A stretch of DNA of 32,400 nt, taken from assembly GCA_964251345.1 (NCBI GenBank), contig CAXUKB010000003.1, positions 3,873 to 36,272 of the forward strand. Direction: 5' to 3'. The stretch's first letter is position 1, and every line of letters begins with the position of its first letter. A program made the translations under genes and the position numbers. This document shows positions 1 through 8,772 of this stretch, piece after piece. The DNA comes from an uncultured Fimbriimonas sp. (GTDB taxonomy: Bacteria; Armatimonadota; Fimbriimonadia; Fimbriimonadales; Fimbriimonadaceae). Under the pieces are notes generated by a model. It was not told the DNA's origin and did not search any database. It saw only the letters and a list, made by a program, of their open reading frames with translations.

Positions 1-1398
1 CTTTGGTTCTCTCCCAGCGAGGGGTTGCACCTGGATTCGGTGGTGGTCGAAGACGAGTCGCAGGACGGGACGCGTCCCGCCGACAGCATCGACGCGGTGC
101 TCGGCGCGAACGTCGGACGGACGGTGACCCTGGTCTTGGCCGACGTCCCCAACTCGAAGCGGCTCACCTGCCGTCTCGTGAGCGCCGCTGGGTCGATCGT
201 CGTGGTGGAGGCCGACACGACGCGGGTCATTCCCAAAGGATCGGTGATCGGCGTGGAAGGGAACGGGCTGAAGGCGAGCCTGCCCGCGCCCGGACTGCGG
301 CGGGTTCTTCGCCTGCGCACGAGCGGAAAGCCCGGGACGGTGACCGTCGTCGGCTTCGAGCGCGGCCTGACCTGGGCGCCCGCCTACGCGGTGACCCTGT
401 TGCCGGGTGGCAAGGAGCTCAGTCTCGTCGCAAAGGCGACCGTGCTCAACGACTTAGAGCCGCTGAGCGGCGTCGAGTGCCGCTTCGTCACGGGCTTTCC
501 CAACATCCCGTTCATGGACGAACTCGACCCGCTCGTCGCCCCGATGGCGGTGGCGCAGATGGTCGGCATGGCGGCGCCGGGTGGAGGCTTCGCGAACCGC
601 GGCGGATTCGGAGGAGGCGGCGGCATGGGCAGTGCGGCGAACCGCTTCTCCGGCCAGCAGATCGCCTTTATTGGCGCCGATCCCACGGACAATAGCCTCG
701 TAGTGGCGGGGCAGGCGCCGAACGGGGCGTACCGCGAAGAACTGTTCTTCTACCGCCAGCCGGGCGTGGTGCTGAGCCGGGGCGGTCGCGCGGCCTACAC
801 CCTGTTCCGGACGAACGCGCCTTACGACACGCTCTACACCTGGGACATCGGCGACCCCTCGCCCGGCGCGTCGCAGTTCGTGCCGCGCATCCCCGTTCCC
901 GGCGCACCCTCCACGGAGGAGGTTTGGCAGACCCTGCGCTTCCAGAACACCGCGAAGCTTCCGCTCACCACGGGCCCCGCCACGACGTTCAGCGAGGGCG
1001 AGATCGTGGGGCAGGACACGATGAAGTACGCCTCTCCCGGTCAGCACGCGGAACTAAGGGTCACCCGCTCGCTCGATCTCGCCTCCGACGCGTCCGAGGA
1101 GGAGACGGGTCGCGAGCGCGGATTTGTGAAGCGGAGCGACAACTACCCCATCTACGACCGGGTGACGTCGAAGGGAACGCTCTCCATTACGAACCGCAAA
1201 GCGAAAGCGGTTAAGGTAAGAATCCGAAAATCGTTCACGGGCGAGTGGATCTCCGGCGAGGGCGACCCGAAGGTGATCCCCACCGCCGCCGGCCTGCGCC
1301 AGCCGAATCCGACGGGTCTCGCCGAGTGGACCGTCGATCTCGAGCCCGGCGCGACGAAGCGGCTGACCTACTCCGTCCGGCTTCTGGTCAATCCTTAG
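1..1398 (+). CDS. DUF4139-like domain protein, probably 5'-truncated by the window edge
   Basis: Frame 1 is open from base 1 (LWFSPSEGLHLD...). Motifs GLTWAPAY, AKATVLND, GFPN, FQNTAKLPLTTGPA and C-terminal WTVDLEPGATKRLTYSV resemble DUF4139 proteins. Confidence 0.7.
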   Translation, partial: LWFSPSEGLHLDSVVVEDESQDGTRPADSIDAVLGANVGRTVTLVLADVPNSKRLTCRLVSAAGSIVVVEADTTRVIPKGSVIGVEGNGLKASLPAPGLRRVLRLRTSGKPGTVTVVGFERGLTWAPAYAVTLLPGGKELSLVAKATVLNDLEPLSGVECRFVTGFPNIPFMDELDPLVAPMAVAQMVGMAAPGGGFANRGGFGGGGGMGSAANRFSGQQIAFIGADPTDNSLVVAGQAPNGAYREELFFYRQPGVVLSRGGRAAYTLFRTNAPYDTLYTWDIGDPSPGASQFVPRIPVPGAPSTEEVWQTLRFQNTAKLPLTTGPATTFSEGEIVGQDTMKYASPGQHAELRVTRSLDLASDASEEETGRERGFVKRSDNYPIYDRVTSKGTLSITNRKAKAVKVRIRKSFTGEWISGEGDPKVIPTAAGLRQPNPTGLAEWTVDLEPGATKRLTYSVRLLVNP

Positions 1399-1436
1399 GC
1401 ACAGAAGGGACTGACACCCCCTTAATACCTCAGGGT

Positions 1437-1535
1437 TTGGAGTCGAAGGCGCCAGCCTTCGCAGGGGCTTCCAGCAGAAACGTAAGCCGTTCAGACATCT
1501 GCAGGCTGTCCGAAGGCTAGCGCCTCCGACTACAA
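1437..1535. repeat. REPIN-like element: inverted pair of 25-nt palindromic REP-like units
   Basis: 1437-1461 TTGGAGTCGAAGGCGCCAGCCTTCG and the reverse complement of 1511-1535 TTGTAGTCGGAGGCGCTAGCCTTCG match at 22/25. Each is a G(T/G)AG foot plus a hairpin. Spacer 49 nt; lies between convergent genes. Confidence 0.75.
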
Positions 1536-1565
1536 CGCTTCGCGTTAGTCAGGCTGCCTTGCCGC

Positions 1566-2843
1566 CTATAGAATCTCGATGAGCGCGGCGTTCGGCGGAA
1601 CCGGCTCGGACGAGAAGACCGCGGCGAGGCGGCCTTCCGCCTCGTCGGCGGCGGCTCCGTCGGCCGCGTGGATCTCCAGCAGGGGACCGCCTTTCGTGAG
1701 GCGGGCTCCCACCGTCGCGTGGAGGACGATTCCGACGCGAGGGTCGATTGCGTCGGCTTTCGTCTTGCGTCCGCCGCCCAGGTCGACGACCGCTTGCCCC
1801 ACTCGCTCCGCGTCGATCCGGGCGAGCCAGCCGTCGTGCGCCGCCGGCACCGTCCGAACGACGGGAGCGTGGGAGAGGTCGTCGGGAAAGCTGCCCGTCG
1901 CGCCCTGCGCTCGGAGCCAGGCCTGGAAGCGCTCCGCCGCCGCGCCGGACGCGAGGATTTCCCGGGCGCGGTTCTTCACGCCCGCCGTCTCCAGCGCGAG
2001 TCCGGCGAGATCGAGGCAGAGATCGCGGAAGCGGGCGACCGGCGGGGTCAGGGGCGCACCGGACAGCACGTCCCATGCCTCACGCACCTCGAGCGCGTTG
2101 CCCACCGCCGCGCCGAGGGGCGTCGACATGTCGGTGATCGCGCACCGAACCCGCAGGCCGCACCGCTCGCCGACGGTGCGGAGCGACCGGGCGAGCGCCC
2201 GCGCCTCCGGCAAGGTCCGCATGAACGCGCCGGAACCGCACTTCACGTCGAGCACGACCGTCTCCGCGCCCCCCGCGATTTTCTTCGAGAGAATAGACGA
2301 GACGATGAGGGGAAGGCTGGCGACGGTCCCGGTGGCGTCGCGCAAGGCGTACAGCACGCCGTCGGCGGGCGCGAGCCGCGCCGTTTGGCCGCCCAGGGCG
2401 AAGCCGACCCGTTGGGCGACGTCGAGCAGCTCCTCCGGCGAGAGATCGAGGCGCAGCCCGGGGACGGAAGCGAGCTTATCGAGGGTGCCGCCGGTGATGC
2501 CGAGACCGCGACCGCTCATCTTGACCATCGTAAGGCCGCAGGCGGCGAGTAGCGGTAGGAGAACGAGGGTGGTCTTGTCGCCTACGCCGCCCGTCGAGTG
2601 CTTGTCGACCCAAGGCCGGGGCAGACCCGAAAGGTCGAGCCGTTCGCCGCTCTCGGCCATCGCGACGGTCAGCCCGGCGGTCTCCTCCTCGTCGAGAGGG
2701 TTGAGGTAGGCGGCCATAAGCCACGCGGCAAGCTGATAGTCGGGCACGGACCCCTCGGCGGCGGCTTGGGCGAGGGCACGTAACTCCGCGGCAGGGTGCC
2801 GTTCGCCGTCGCGTCGCCGGGCGATGATGGGGAGGAGGGTCAT
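1566..2843 (-). CDS. pdp: Pyrimidine-nucleoside / thymidine phosphorylase
   Basis: Hallmark motifs VDKHSTGGVGDK, KMSGRGLGITGGTLDKL, LYALRD, SSILSKKIA, LDVKCGSGAFM, VGNALEV. Confidence 0.95.
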   Translation of the reverse strand: MTLLPIIARRRDGERHPAAELRALAQAAAEGSVPDYQLAAWLMAAYLNPLDEEETAGLTVAMAESGERLDLSGLPRPWVDKHSTGGVGDKTTLVLLPLLAACGLTMVKMSGRGLGITGGTLDKLASVPGLRLDLSPEELLDVAQRVGFALGGQTARLAPADGVLYALRDATGTVASLPLIVSSILSKKIAGGAETVVLDVKCGSGAFMRTLPEARALARSLRTVGERCGLRVRCAITDMSTPLGAAVGNALEVREAWDVLSGAPLTPPVARFRDLCLDLAGLALETAGVKNRAREILASGAAAERFQAWLRAQGATGSFPDDLSHAPVVRTVPAAHDGWLARIDAERVGQAVVDLGGGRKTKADAIDPRVGIVLHATVGARLTKGGPLLEIHAADGAAADEAEGRLAAVFSSEPVPPNAALIEIL

Positions 2844-2844
2844 T

Positions 2845-2914
2845 GAGGCAAGAGGGAAGGGTGAAGAGGAATGGATACTCCCCTTTTTCCTCCCTCTTCT
2901 TACCCTTTCCCTCT
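2845..2914. repeat. Degenerate heptamer repeats: purine block followed by pyrimidine block
   Basis: GGCAAGA GGGAAGG GTGAAGA GGAATGG, then a pyrimidine run (CCCTTTTTCCTCCCTCTTCTTACCCTTTCCCTCT). Same organisation as 16225-16337. Confidence 0.55.
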
Positions 2915-2919
2915 AAAGT

Positions 2920-3282
2920 TCACACCCACGTCGAGGCGCGGCGGAAGATCTTGTAGTCGACCGGACGGCGGACGTGGCCGAACACGAAGTCGGGCCATCC
3001 CGCCATGAAATCGAGTTCGTACTCTTCGGGCGGCGCGATGAGGACGAGGGGAACGGGGCTGGCCGTCGGGTGGGCCATCTTCGCTTGGGCGAACCGCTCG
3101 TAGCCCGCGATCTTGTGGGGCTCCGCGAGGGTCGCGAGGAGGTCGACGAACAAGAGATCGGCGCCCTCGGCGGCGTCGAGAGCGGCCGCCCAGTCCTCGA
3201 ACACGTCGCAGGTATAGGGCTCGAAGCCTTTGCGCGCCTCCTCGGCCATTTCCGCGTCCTTGGTGATCAAGACGAACCTCAT
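2920..3282 (-). CDS. Single-domain, atypical response-regulator receiver-like protein
   Basis: Alternating beta/alpha pattern: FVLITKD, ADLLFVD (candidate phospho-Asp), PLVLIA, HVRRP where receivers have KP. TAAAGT lies 9 nt upstream of the ATG. Confidence 0.55.
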   Translation of the reverse strand: MRFVLITKDAEMAEEARKGFEPYTCDVFEDWAAALDAAEGADLLFVDLLATLAEPHKIAGYERFAQAKMAHPTASPVPLVLIAPPEEYELDFMAGWPDFVFGHVRRPVDYKIFRRASTWV

Positions 3283-3475
3283 GCGCCCCCTACTTTACTC
3301 GTGCCGGGTTCCCGGCGGGAAGCGACATCGAAAGAATCGAAGGTTCTGCGTCCCCTACAAAGATTTAATGTAAAAACCCGCCCAATATTGCGGATTTACG
3401 ATCAATAATAGAGATCGTTCAAGACCGATCCCTCGACGTGGAGGGCCTTGGCGCGGGCGAGAAGAGCAAGAGACG

Positions 3476-4069
3476 ATGAACGCAGTCGACATGATCGTAC
3501 GCCCAGAAGGAGCTCGCACCGACGAGGATCTGCGCCGATTTCAGGAGATGGTGGGCGACACCAAACGGCGCGCTTACACCATGGCGCTCCAGCTCACCCG
3601 CAATCCTTCGGATGCGGAGGATCTCATGCAGGACACGTACGTCAAGGCTTGGCGCGGTTTCGACACGTACATGCCAGGCCGTCCGTTCCTAAACTGGCTC
3701 CTGCGCATTATGCAGCGCGCCTACCTGGACGCGCGCCGACGGGACAACCCGATCCGCAAGGCTGAGAGCCTCAACTCCATGGTTTCCCCCAGCGACGGTG
3801 AAGTCCAAGAGCTTCCGATCGCCGACGAGGGGCCGACGCCCGACGAGCGGGTGATGAGCGAAGAGTTCCGCGTCGCTCTAATGAGCGCGCTGGACGAGCT
3901 TCCCGAGGTTTATCGATCGGCGATCGTACTCTGCGACCTGGAGTCGCTAAGCTACAGCGAGATCGCGGAGCGTCAGAACACCACCATTGGCACCGTCCGC
4001 TCCCGCATCCATCGGGGCCGCCGCCTTTTGCGCGATCTCTTGGTGAAGAGCGGAGCCGTCGCCGGTTAG
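3476..4069 (+). CDS. ECF-family sigma-70 factor (RpoE-like)
   Basis: Region 2 DAEDLMQDTYVKAW...FLNWLLRI; region 4 LSYSEIAE...IGTVRSRIHRGR. Confidence 0.93.
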   Translation: MNAVDMIVRPEGARTDEDLRRFQEMVGDTKRRAYTMALQLTRNPSDAEDLMQDTYVKAWRGFDTYMPGRPFLNWLLRIMQRAYLDARRRDNPIRKAESLNSMVSPSDGEVQELPIADEGPTPDERVMSEEFRVALMSALDELPEVYRSAIVLCDLESLSYSEIAERQNTTIGTVRSRIHRGRRLLRDLLVKSGAVAG

Positions 4070-4081
4070 GGGAACGGACCG

Positions 4082-4111
4082 CGAGAGCGTCCCTCGGGAC
4101 CTCTCGACTTT
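4082..4111 (+). terminator. Possible intrinsic terminator after the sigma gene
   Basis: CGAGAG-c-GTCC CTCG GGAC-CTCTCG stem with one bulge, followed only by a short ACTTT tail. Confidence 0.3.
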
Positions 4112-4132
4112 CCTCCTGGTAACCTCCCTTTC

Positions 4133-5095
4133 GTGACCGTCTCCTTCGGCCTCGGGGCGTTGCGCGCCGAGTGGGTGCGCGCCGTGGTTTGCGTCGGCAC
4201 GTTCGACGGAGTTCATCGGGGTCACCAAGCCGTCATCGGCGAAGCCGCCCGTCAGGCGTCGGCAGCGGAGCTTCCGCTCGTCCTCGCGACCTTCGACCGC
4301 CACCCCGCCGCCATCCTCAAGCCGGATCGATGCCCCAAGGCGCTCGCGCCGCTCGAAGAAAACCTGCGTGAGTTCGCCGCGCTCGGCGTCTCGGCCGCAG
4401 TCGTCCTGCCCTTCGATGCCGCCATGGCGGCGATGAGTGCCGATGCGTTCTTGGAGGAGGTTTTGCGCGACTCGTTTCGGGCCGACCGGCTCGTCGTCGG
4501 CCACGACTTCGCGATGGGCCGGGGACGCGAGGGGACCGCGGAGTGGCTGGCCGCGCGGCTGCCGACGACGGTGGTGGCGCCGTTCGAGATGGATGGGGAA
4601 CGGGTCAGTTCCAGCGCGATCCGGCGGGCGGTCGCTACGGGCGACATGACCACCGCGGCTCACCTGCTCGGGCGTCCGTTCACCCTCACCGGCGTGGTGG
4701 TCGGCGGCCAACGGCTCGGGCGAACCCTGGGCTATCCCACGGCGAACCTCGCGCGCACGATCGACGGCGCGCTGCCCGACGATGGCGTTTACGCCGCCTG
4801 GTTCGAGGGGCCAAGCGGCCGGTTTCCCGCCGCGCTCGCGATCGGCACGCGTCCGGCGGTGGGGGGCGGTCCGCGCTCCATCGAGGCCTATCTCATGGAC
4901 TACGACGGCGCGTCGCTCTACGGCGCCGCCTGCCGCATCGAGGTCGTGGCGCGCATCCGCGGCGAGTGGAATTTTCCGTCGCTCGACGCGCTCGTCGAGC
5001 GCATGGGGAAGGACGTGGAGGAGATTCGGGAAGCCCTAAGGAAGGGCGGGCCGGAGAAGAGCCGGAGCGGTTCCCCGTTTTCCTCTTCCCATTGA
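4133..5095 (+). CDS. ribF: Bifunctional riboflavin kinase / FAD synthetase
   Basis: GTFDGVHRGH, VVGHDF, VSSSAIR, GRTLGYPTAN, GVYA, IEAYLMD motifs; GTG start. Confidence 0.95.
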   Translation: MTVSFGLGALRAEWVRAVVCVGTFDGVHRGHQAVIGEAARQASAAELPLVLATFDRHPAAILKPDRCPKALAPLEENLREFAALGVSAAVVLPFDAAMAAMSADAFLEEVLRDSFRADRLVVGHDFAMGRGREGTAEWLAARLPTTVVAPFEMDGERVSSSAIRRAVATGDMTTAAHLLGRPFTLTGVVVGGQRLGRTLGYPTANLARTIDGALPDDGVYAAWFEGPSGRFPAALAIGTRPAVGGGPRSIEAYLMDYDGASLYGAACRIEVVARIRGEWNFPSLDALVERMGKDVEEIREALRKGGPEKSRSGSPFSSSH

Positions 5096-5112
5096 CCTTT
5101 TCCCCGATTCCT
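5071..5112. repeat. Six degenerate pyrimidine-rich heptamers overlapping the ribF 3' end
   Basis: TTCCCCG TTTTCCT CTTCCCA TTGACCT TTTCCCC GATTCCT; the ribF stop codon falls inside the array. Confidence 0.5.
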
Positions 5113-5128
5113 GCGTAACAAACCTTAA

Positions 5129-5632
5129 ATGAAACGTGCGTATGCGGTCCTTGCCTTGGTCCTTCTCATCGTCGTGGGTTTCCGAGTCCTGACCCTGACG
5201 TTAGGGCAGAAGGACGACGCGACGCTGATCAAGGATTCTTTACGGCAGTCGCTGGAGGCGAGCCGGAAAGGCGAACCGGGCGGTGTGCTGGATCTCCTCA
5301 GCAATTCGCTTACCGTGAACGGCGAGAGCCAGAGCGGAATGACGACTCAGGTCGCCGATTTCATCCGTAAGCAACGGCCGGAGGTCGAGGTCGAGAATCA
5401 GCAGCCGATCGTCACGGGCGACGAAGCGCGGATCACCTCGCCGGTCACGATCAAGGCGGACATCCCGATCGTGGGCAGCCAAACGATCCAGATGAAGGAC
5501 GTCGTGCTGACCTTTCAAAAGGAGACCGCCCGTTCGCTGCTGATCTTCCCCGTAAAGAAGTGGCGTCTCACCGGCGTCACCGCCCCGTCCGACGGTCTTT
5601 CCGGCCTCGCAGGCATGGGCTTCGGAGGCTAG
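5129..5632 (+). CDS. Hypothetical N-terminally anchored/exported protein (possibly NTF2-like fold)
   Basis: Basic plus hydrophobic N-terminus, then helix/beta-rich soluble part ending KKWRLT; typical codon usage. The fold is a guess. Confidence 0.65.
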   Translation: MKRAYAVLALVLLIVVGFRVLTLTLGQKDDATLIKDSLRQSLEASRKGEPGGVLDLLSNSLTVNGESQSGMTTQVADFIRKQRPEVEVENQQPIVTGDEARITSPVTIKADIPIVGSQTIQMKDVVLTFQKETARSLLIFPVKKWRLTGVTAPSDGLSGLAGMGFGG

Positions 5633-6105
5633 GGTTCGTCTCCGGGAAGGTGGCCCAGAATTCGTCGGAGTTCACCTATGTCACGGAGATCTTTGTCCCT
5701 TCCTGAGGCCTTTTTGGTGAGAACGTAGTCTTCAAGGGACAGAAAGGCGACGGGCACGTCGTTGAGCTCGCCCGAAACGCGCCGCTCCCAGGCCTCATCG
5801 AAGTCGCAGCCATCGAGAAACGTGAGCACGTCCACCTGGTCCGGAGGAACTCCAAGCACGAACATGTTCCGCGAAAGAGTAAATTGGCGTTCGCCTTCGT
5901 CACCGATCTGAATTTCAAACCTCGCAAGTGCCGCGCGGATGCGCCGAGCCGACTCCGCCGACCGTCGGACCCAAAGATTAAGATCGTAAGTGTTCCGTGG
6001 ATATCCGTAGAACGCCAGCGCGCGGGCTCCAACGATCAAGAACTCAACATCGTGGGACCGAAACGAATCGATAAGATCGCGTAAGTCGTCGGAGATCGGT
6101 TCCAT
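5629..6105 (-). CDS. Nucleotidyltransferase-fold protein (DUF6036/AbiEii-like), second catalytic Asp replaced by Asn
   Basis: Start reassigned to the ATG at 6105 (MEPISDDL). Motifs FLIVGARALAFYGYPRNTYDLNLWV, QVDVLT and KKASGRDKDLRD match this family. Confidence 0.8.
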   Translation of the reverse strand: MEPISDDLRDLIDSFRSHDVEFLIVGARALAFYGYPRNTYDLNLWVRRSAESARRIRAALARFEIQIGDEGERQFTLSRNMFVLGVPPDQVDVLTFLDGCDFDEAWERRVSGELNDVPVAFLSLEDYVLTKKASGRDKDLRDIGELRRILGHLPGDEP

Positions 6106-6235
6106 TCGATGCCTCCATGATCTGCCGCTGGAATTGGAGCCTCTCCTGAGGCGACATCTCGCGGTACATCCGCGCATCCTCCTCCGCTTTCGTCTCGGGA
6201 TCGACGAACCGGAAAGTGCGTTCGATCTTGCGCAT
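6044..6235 (-). CDS. Small 63-aa partner protein (putative antitoxin) of the nucleotidyltransferase
   Basis: DARMYREMSPQERL motif resembles small ORFs found upstream of such NTases. It overlaps the NTase start; TACAAT lies 6 nt upstream of the ATG. Confidence 0.65.
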   Translation of the reverse strand: MRKIERTFRFVDPETKAEEDARMYREMSPQERLQFQRQIMEASNGTDLRRLTRSYRFVSVPRC

Positions 6236-6247
6236 CGGTGGATTGTA

Positions 6248-7459
6248 CTACGCGTAGAGCCCCGCCAGTCCCCCCTGAATTCCAGGGAAGACGGACGCCG
6301 GATCCTCGAGCCGAAGGGCGGACGCCAAGACGGTCCGCGCGTCGGTTCCGACCCGCAGATCGCCCACCGAGTCGAGGTCGGTAAGGCCCGGCCAGGAGCC
6401 ATGGAAGCCGCCGCGAACGCTGCCTCCGAGGAGGAACGCGGGCGCGGCGCGGCCGTGGTCGGTACCCAGGCCCGCGTTCTCGCCCACCCGCCGTCCGAAC
6501 TCGCTCATCACGACCACGGCGACGCCGTCGAGCTCCGGACCGAGGTCGGTCGCAAAGGCGGCGAGGGCGCCGGAGAGCTCCGTCATCAGGCGCGAATGGA
6601 AACCGTCTTGACCCACATGGGTGTCCCATACGCCGTGGTCGAGACAGGCCGCCTCCAGCCCGACTTTGGCGCGCAGGAGCATCGCGACCTGCTGCAGGCC
6701 GTCCGCGAGGTCGCTCTTGGGATAGCGTGCGCCGTGGTGCGGGCGGTAGGCGGCGGGATCGAGAGCGTGGAGCGTGTCGAGGGTCGCCAGGGTCTCCCGT
6801 CCGGCTTGGCGTACCGCGTCGTGGCCGTCGGCGTACATCGCGTCGAGCGTCTTTCGGAAGGCCGGATCGTCCGGAAGACGGAAGTCGCCCACCGACCGGA
6901 GGGCGAGCGCGGGCGGGCCGCCCCGAAGCATCTCCGGCAAGGTGTCGCCATGCGCGATCGCCCGCAGGGGCGAGGGACTCTCGGGCGCGGTCGCGGCCAG
7001 GTAGCGGGCAAGCCAACCTCCCGCCGCGCCGCCCCGCTCCATGGCGGCCATCGCCTCGAAGTGGCTCCGACTCCGGTCCTCCGAACCGACCGCGTGGACG
7101 ATCGCGAGCTTGCCGCCCGTCCAGAAGGGGAAGAGCGGGGCGAGGGCCGGGTGGAGGCCAAAGCCTTCGCCGAGATCCTGCGTTTTCCGGACGGCTAGGG
7201 TAGGACGGGCATCGAAGTAGGCGGCGCCCTCCCGGTGGGGAACGACCATGTTCAGGCCGTCCGCGCCGCCGCGCAAAAAGATGTGGACGATGGGCCGGAC
7301 CGGCGTCTTGGAGAACGAGGCATCGGCGAGGGCGCTTCCGCGCGACATCCAGCCGACGAGCCCGAGCGCGCCCCCCAGCAAAACGGATCGGCGGGTCACG
7401 ACGGTGGCGTTCGTCGTGGGTGAGAGCAACGCCATCTCGGGACAGGTCTTTACATCCAT
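6248..7459 (-). CDS. DUF1501 family protein
   Basis: Start at ATG 7459 overlapping the upstream stop. TRRSVLLGG twin-Arg; IFLRGGADGLNMVVP, FGLHP, SRSHFEA, WDTH, MSEFGRRV.EN...GTDHG. Confidence 0.92.
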   Translation of the reverse strand: MDVKTCPEMALLSPTTNATVVTRRSVLLGGALGLVGWMSRGSALADASFSKTPVRPIVHIFLRGGADGLNMVVPHREGAAYFDARPTLAVRKTQDLGEGFGLHPALAPLFPFWTGGKLAIVHAVGSEDRSRSHFEAMAAMERGGAAGGWLARYLAATAPESPSPLRAIAHGDTLPEMLRGGPPALALRSVGDFRLPDDPAFRKTLDAMYADGHDAVRQAGRETLATLDTLHALDPAAYRPHHGARYPKSDLADGLQQVAMLLRAKVGLEAACLDHGVWDTHVGQDGFHSRLMTELSGALAAFATDLGPELDGVAVVVMSEFGRRVGENAGLGTDHGRAAPAFLLGGSVRGGFHGSWPGLTDLDSVGDLRVGTDARTVLASALRLEDPASVFPGIQGGLAGLYA

Positions 7460-8772
7460 TGGAACTCCGGAGACGCGAGCCACGCCGTCAGGTCGCCGCC
7501 CGCTCCGGGACGAACAGTTGCGGGGTCTTTCGACCGGATCGAGGTTCCGGCGATCGCGTCGTTGCCCAAGGCGTAAGCGAATCCCCAGCGGGGCAGCATG
7601 GCGCTCGCCCAGGCCTCGGTACGAACGGGGTAGCCGTCGGGCATGGGCCACTCGTGGGGCGCGTGCCCCATGAGGCGCAGATGGTCGAGGAGCGCGCCGC
7701 CGCCGTCCGTGTAGGCGTCCGTCGCCCGGAGCGCCGCGACGACGAGATCGAACGGACGGCGCAGGAGCGGCGGACCGTCGACGATCTCCGGTCTTTCGAG
7801 GATCGGGCGCAGGGTCGACTTGACGTCGCCTCGCGAATCGAGGAACGCCCGTTCGACCCTTGCTTGAAGGGCCGGTGCGTCGCCCACGAAGCGCCGCACG
7901 AGCTTGCGGGCAACGTGGCGCGCGGTGGCGGGATGGAGGCAGACGATGCGCCACACCGCGTCCGCGTCATGCTCGCCTCCTCCCGCGGGAATCCGTTGTC
8001 CGAGGACGGTCTTGGCGCCGTCGTCGTGCCGCTCGGGATCGAAGCGCAGATGGCCTTTGGGGCGGAGGAAGCGGGTTTCGAGGGTCCAGCCGGAAAGGCA
8101 GCGGGCGACTTCCATCACGTCCCGTTGGAAGTAACCGCCGTCGACGCCGAGGGTATGAAGCTCCAGCAGCTCGCGGGCGTAGTTCTCGTTGGGGTGGGCG
8201 CGGTCGTTGCGGTCGTTATCGAGGTAGACGACCATCGCGGGCGACCGCATGCTGGCGCGGATCATCTCGGGGAAGGAGCCGAGCGCGTGCTTGCGGGCGA
8301 CCGTTTCGCCGTCCATGCCGAGCCGAAAGGCGGCGTCGTCCTTGTGGGCGTAGACGTTGAGGTGGTCGGACCAGAACTCGGCCATGCGCTCGTGGAGCGG
8401 ATTCGCGCCGTACGTCGCGCGGAGGAGCGCCGCCGTCCGCAGCCCTTCGAGAACCCGCTCCTTGGGCAGGTCCATGAGCTCGATCGAATCGGCGTGGAGC
8501 GCGTCGACCCGGCTGAGGAGGAGTTCGAGACGGGGCTCTTCCGGTTCGTCCGCGGCGAGAAGCCGGTCGACGAGCGCCGCCCGCCCGAGCGCGTGAGCAC
8601 GAGCAAGGTCGCCGGGACGCGGACCGAACCCTGCCCGATCGAGAAGCCGGCCTTCCGCCGTGGCGCCGCTCGGCGCGGGCAACGGTTGGGCACGTTGGGC
8701 GAGCTGTCCGGCTACCGGGGCGCACCCCGCGAGAGTCGCCGCGGTCCCCGCGAGGATCGCCCGACGCGTCAC
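7450..8772 (-). CDS. DUF1800 family protein
   Basis: Probable GTG start at 8772 (VTRRAILAG). LHERMAEFWSDHLNV, AMVVYLDN, PNENYARELLELHTLGV, DVMEVARCLSGW motifs; classic partner of DUF1501. Confidence 0.92.
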   Translation of the reverse strand: MTRRAILAGTAATLAGCAPVAGQLAQRAQPLPAPSGATAEGRLLDRAGFGPRPGDLARAHALGRAALVDRLLAADEPEEPRLELLLSRVDALHADSIELMDLPKERVLEGLRTAALLRATYGANPLHERMAEFWSDHLNVYAHKDDAAFRLGMDGETVARKHALGSFPEMIRASMRSPAMVVYLDNDRNDRAHPNENYARELLELHTLGVDGGYFQRDVMEVARCLSGWTLETRFLRPKGHLRFDPERHDDGAKTVLGQRIPAGGGEHDADAVWRIVCLHPATARHVARKLVRRFVGDAPALQARVERAFLDSRGDVKSTLRPILERPEIVDGPPLLRRPFDLVVAALRATDAYTDGGGALLDHLRLMGHAPHEWPMPDGYPVRTEAWASAMLPRWGFAYALGNDAIAGTSIRSKDPATVRPGAGGDLTAWLASPEFQWM

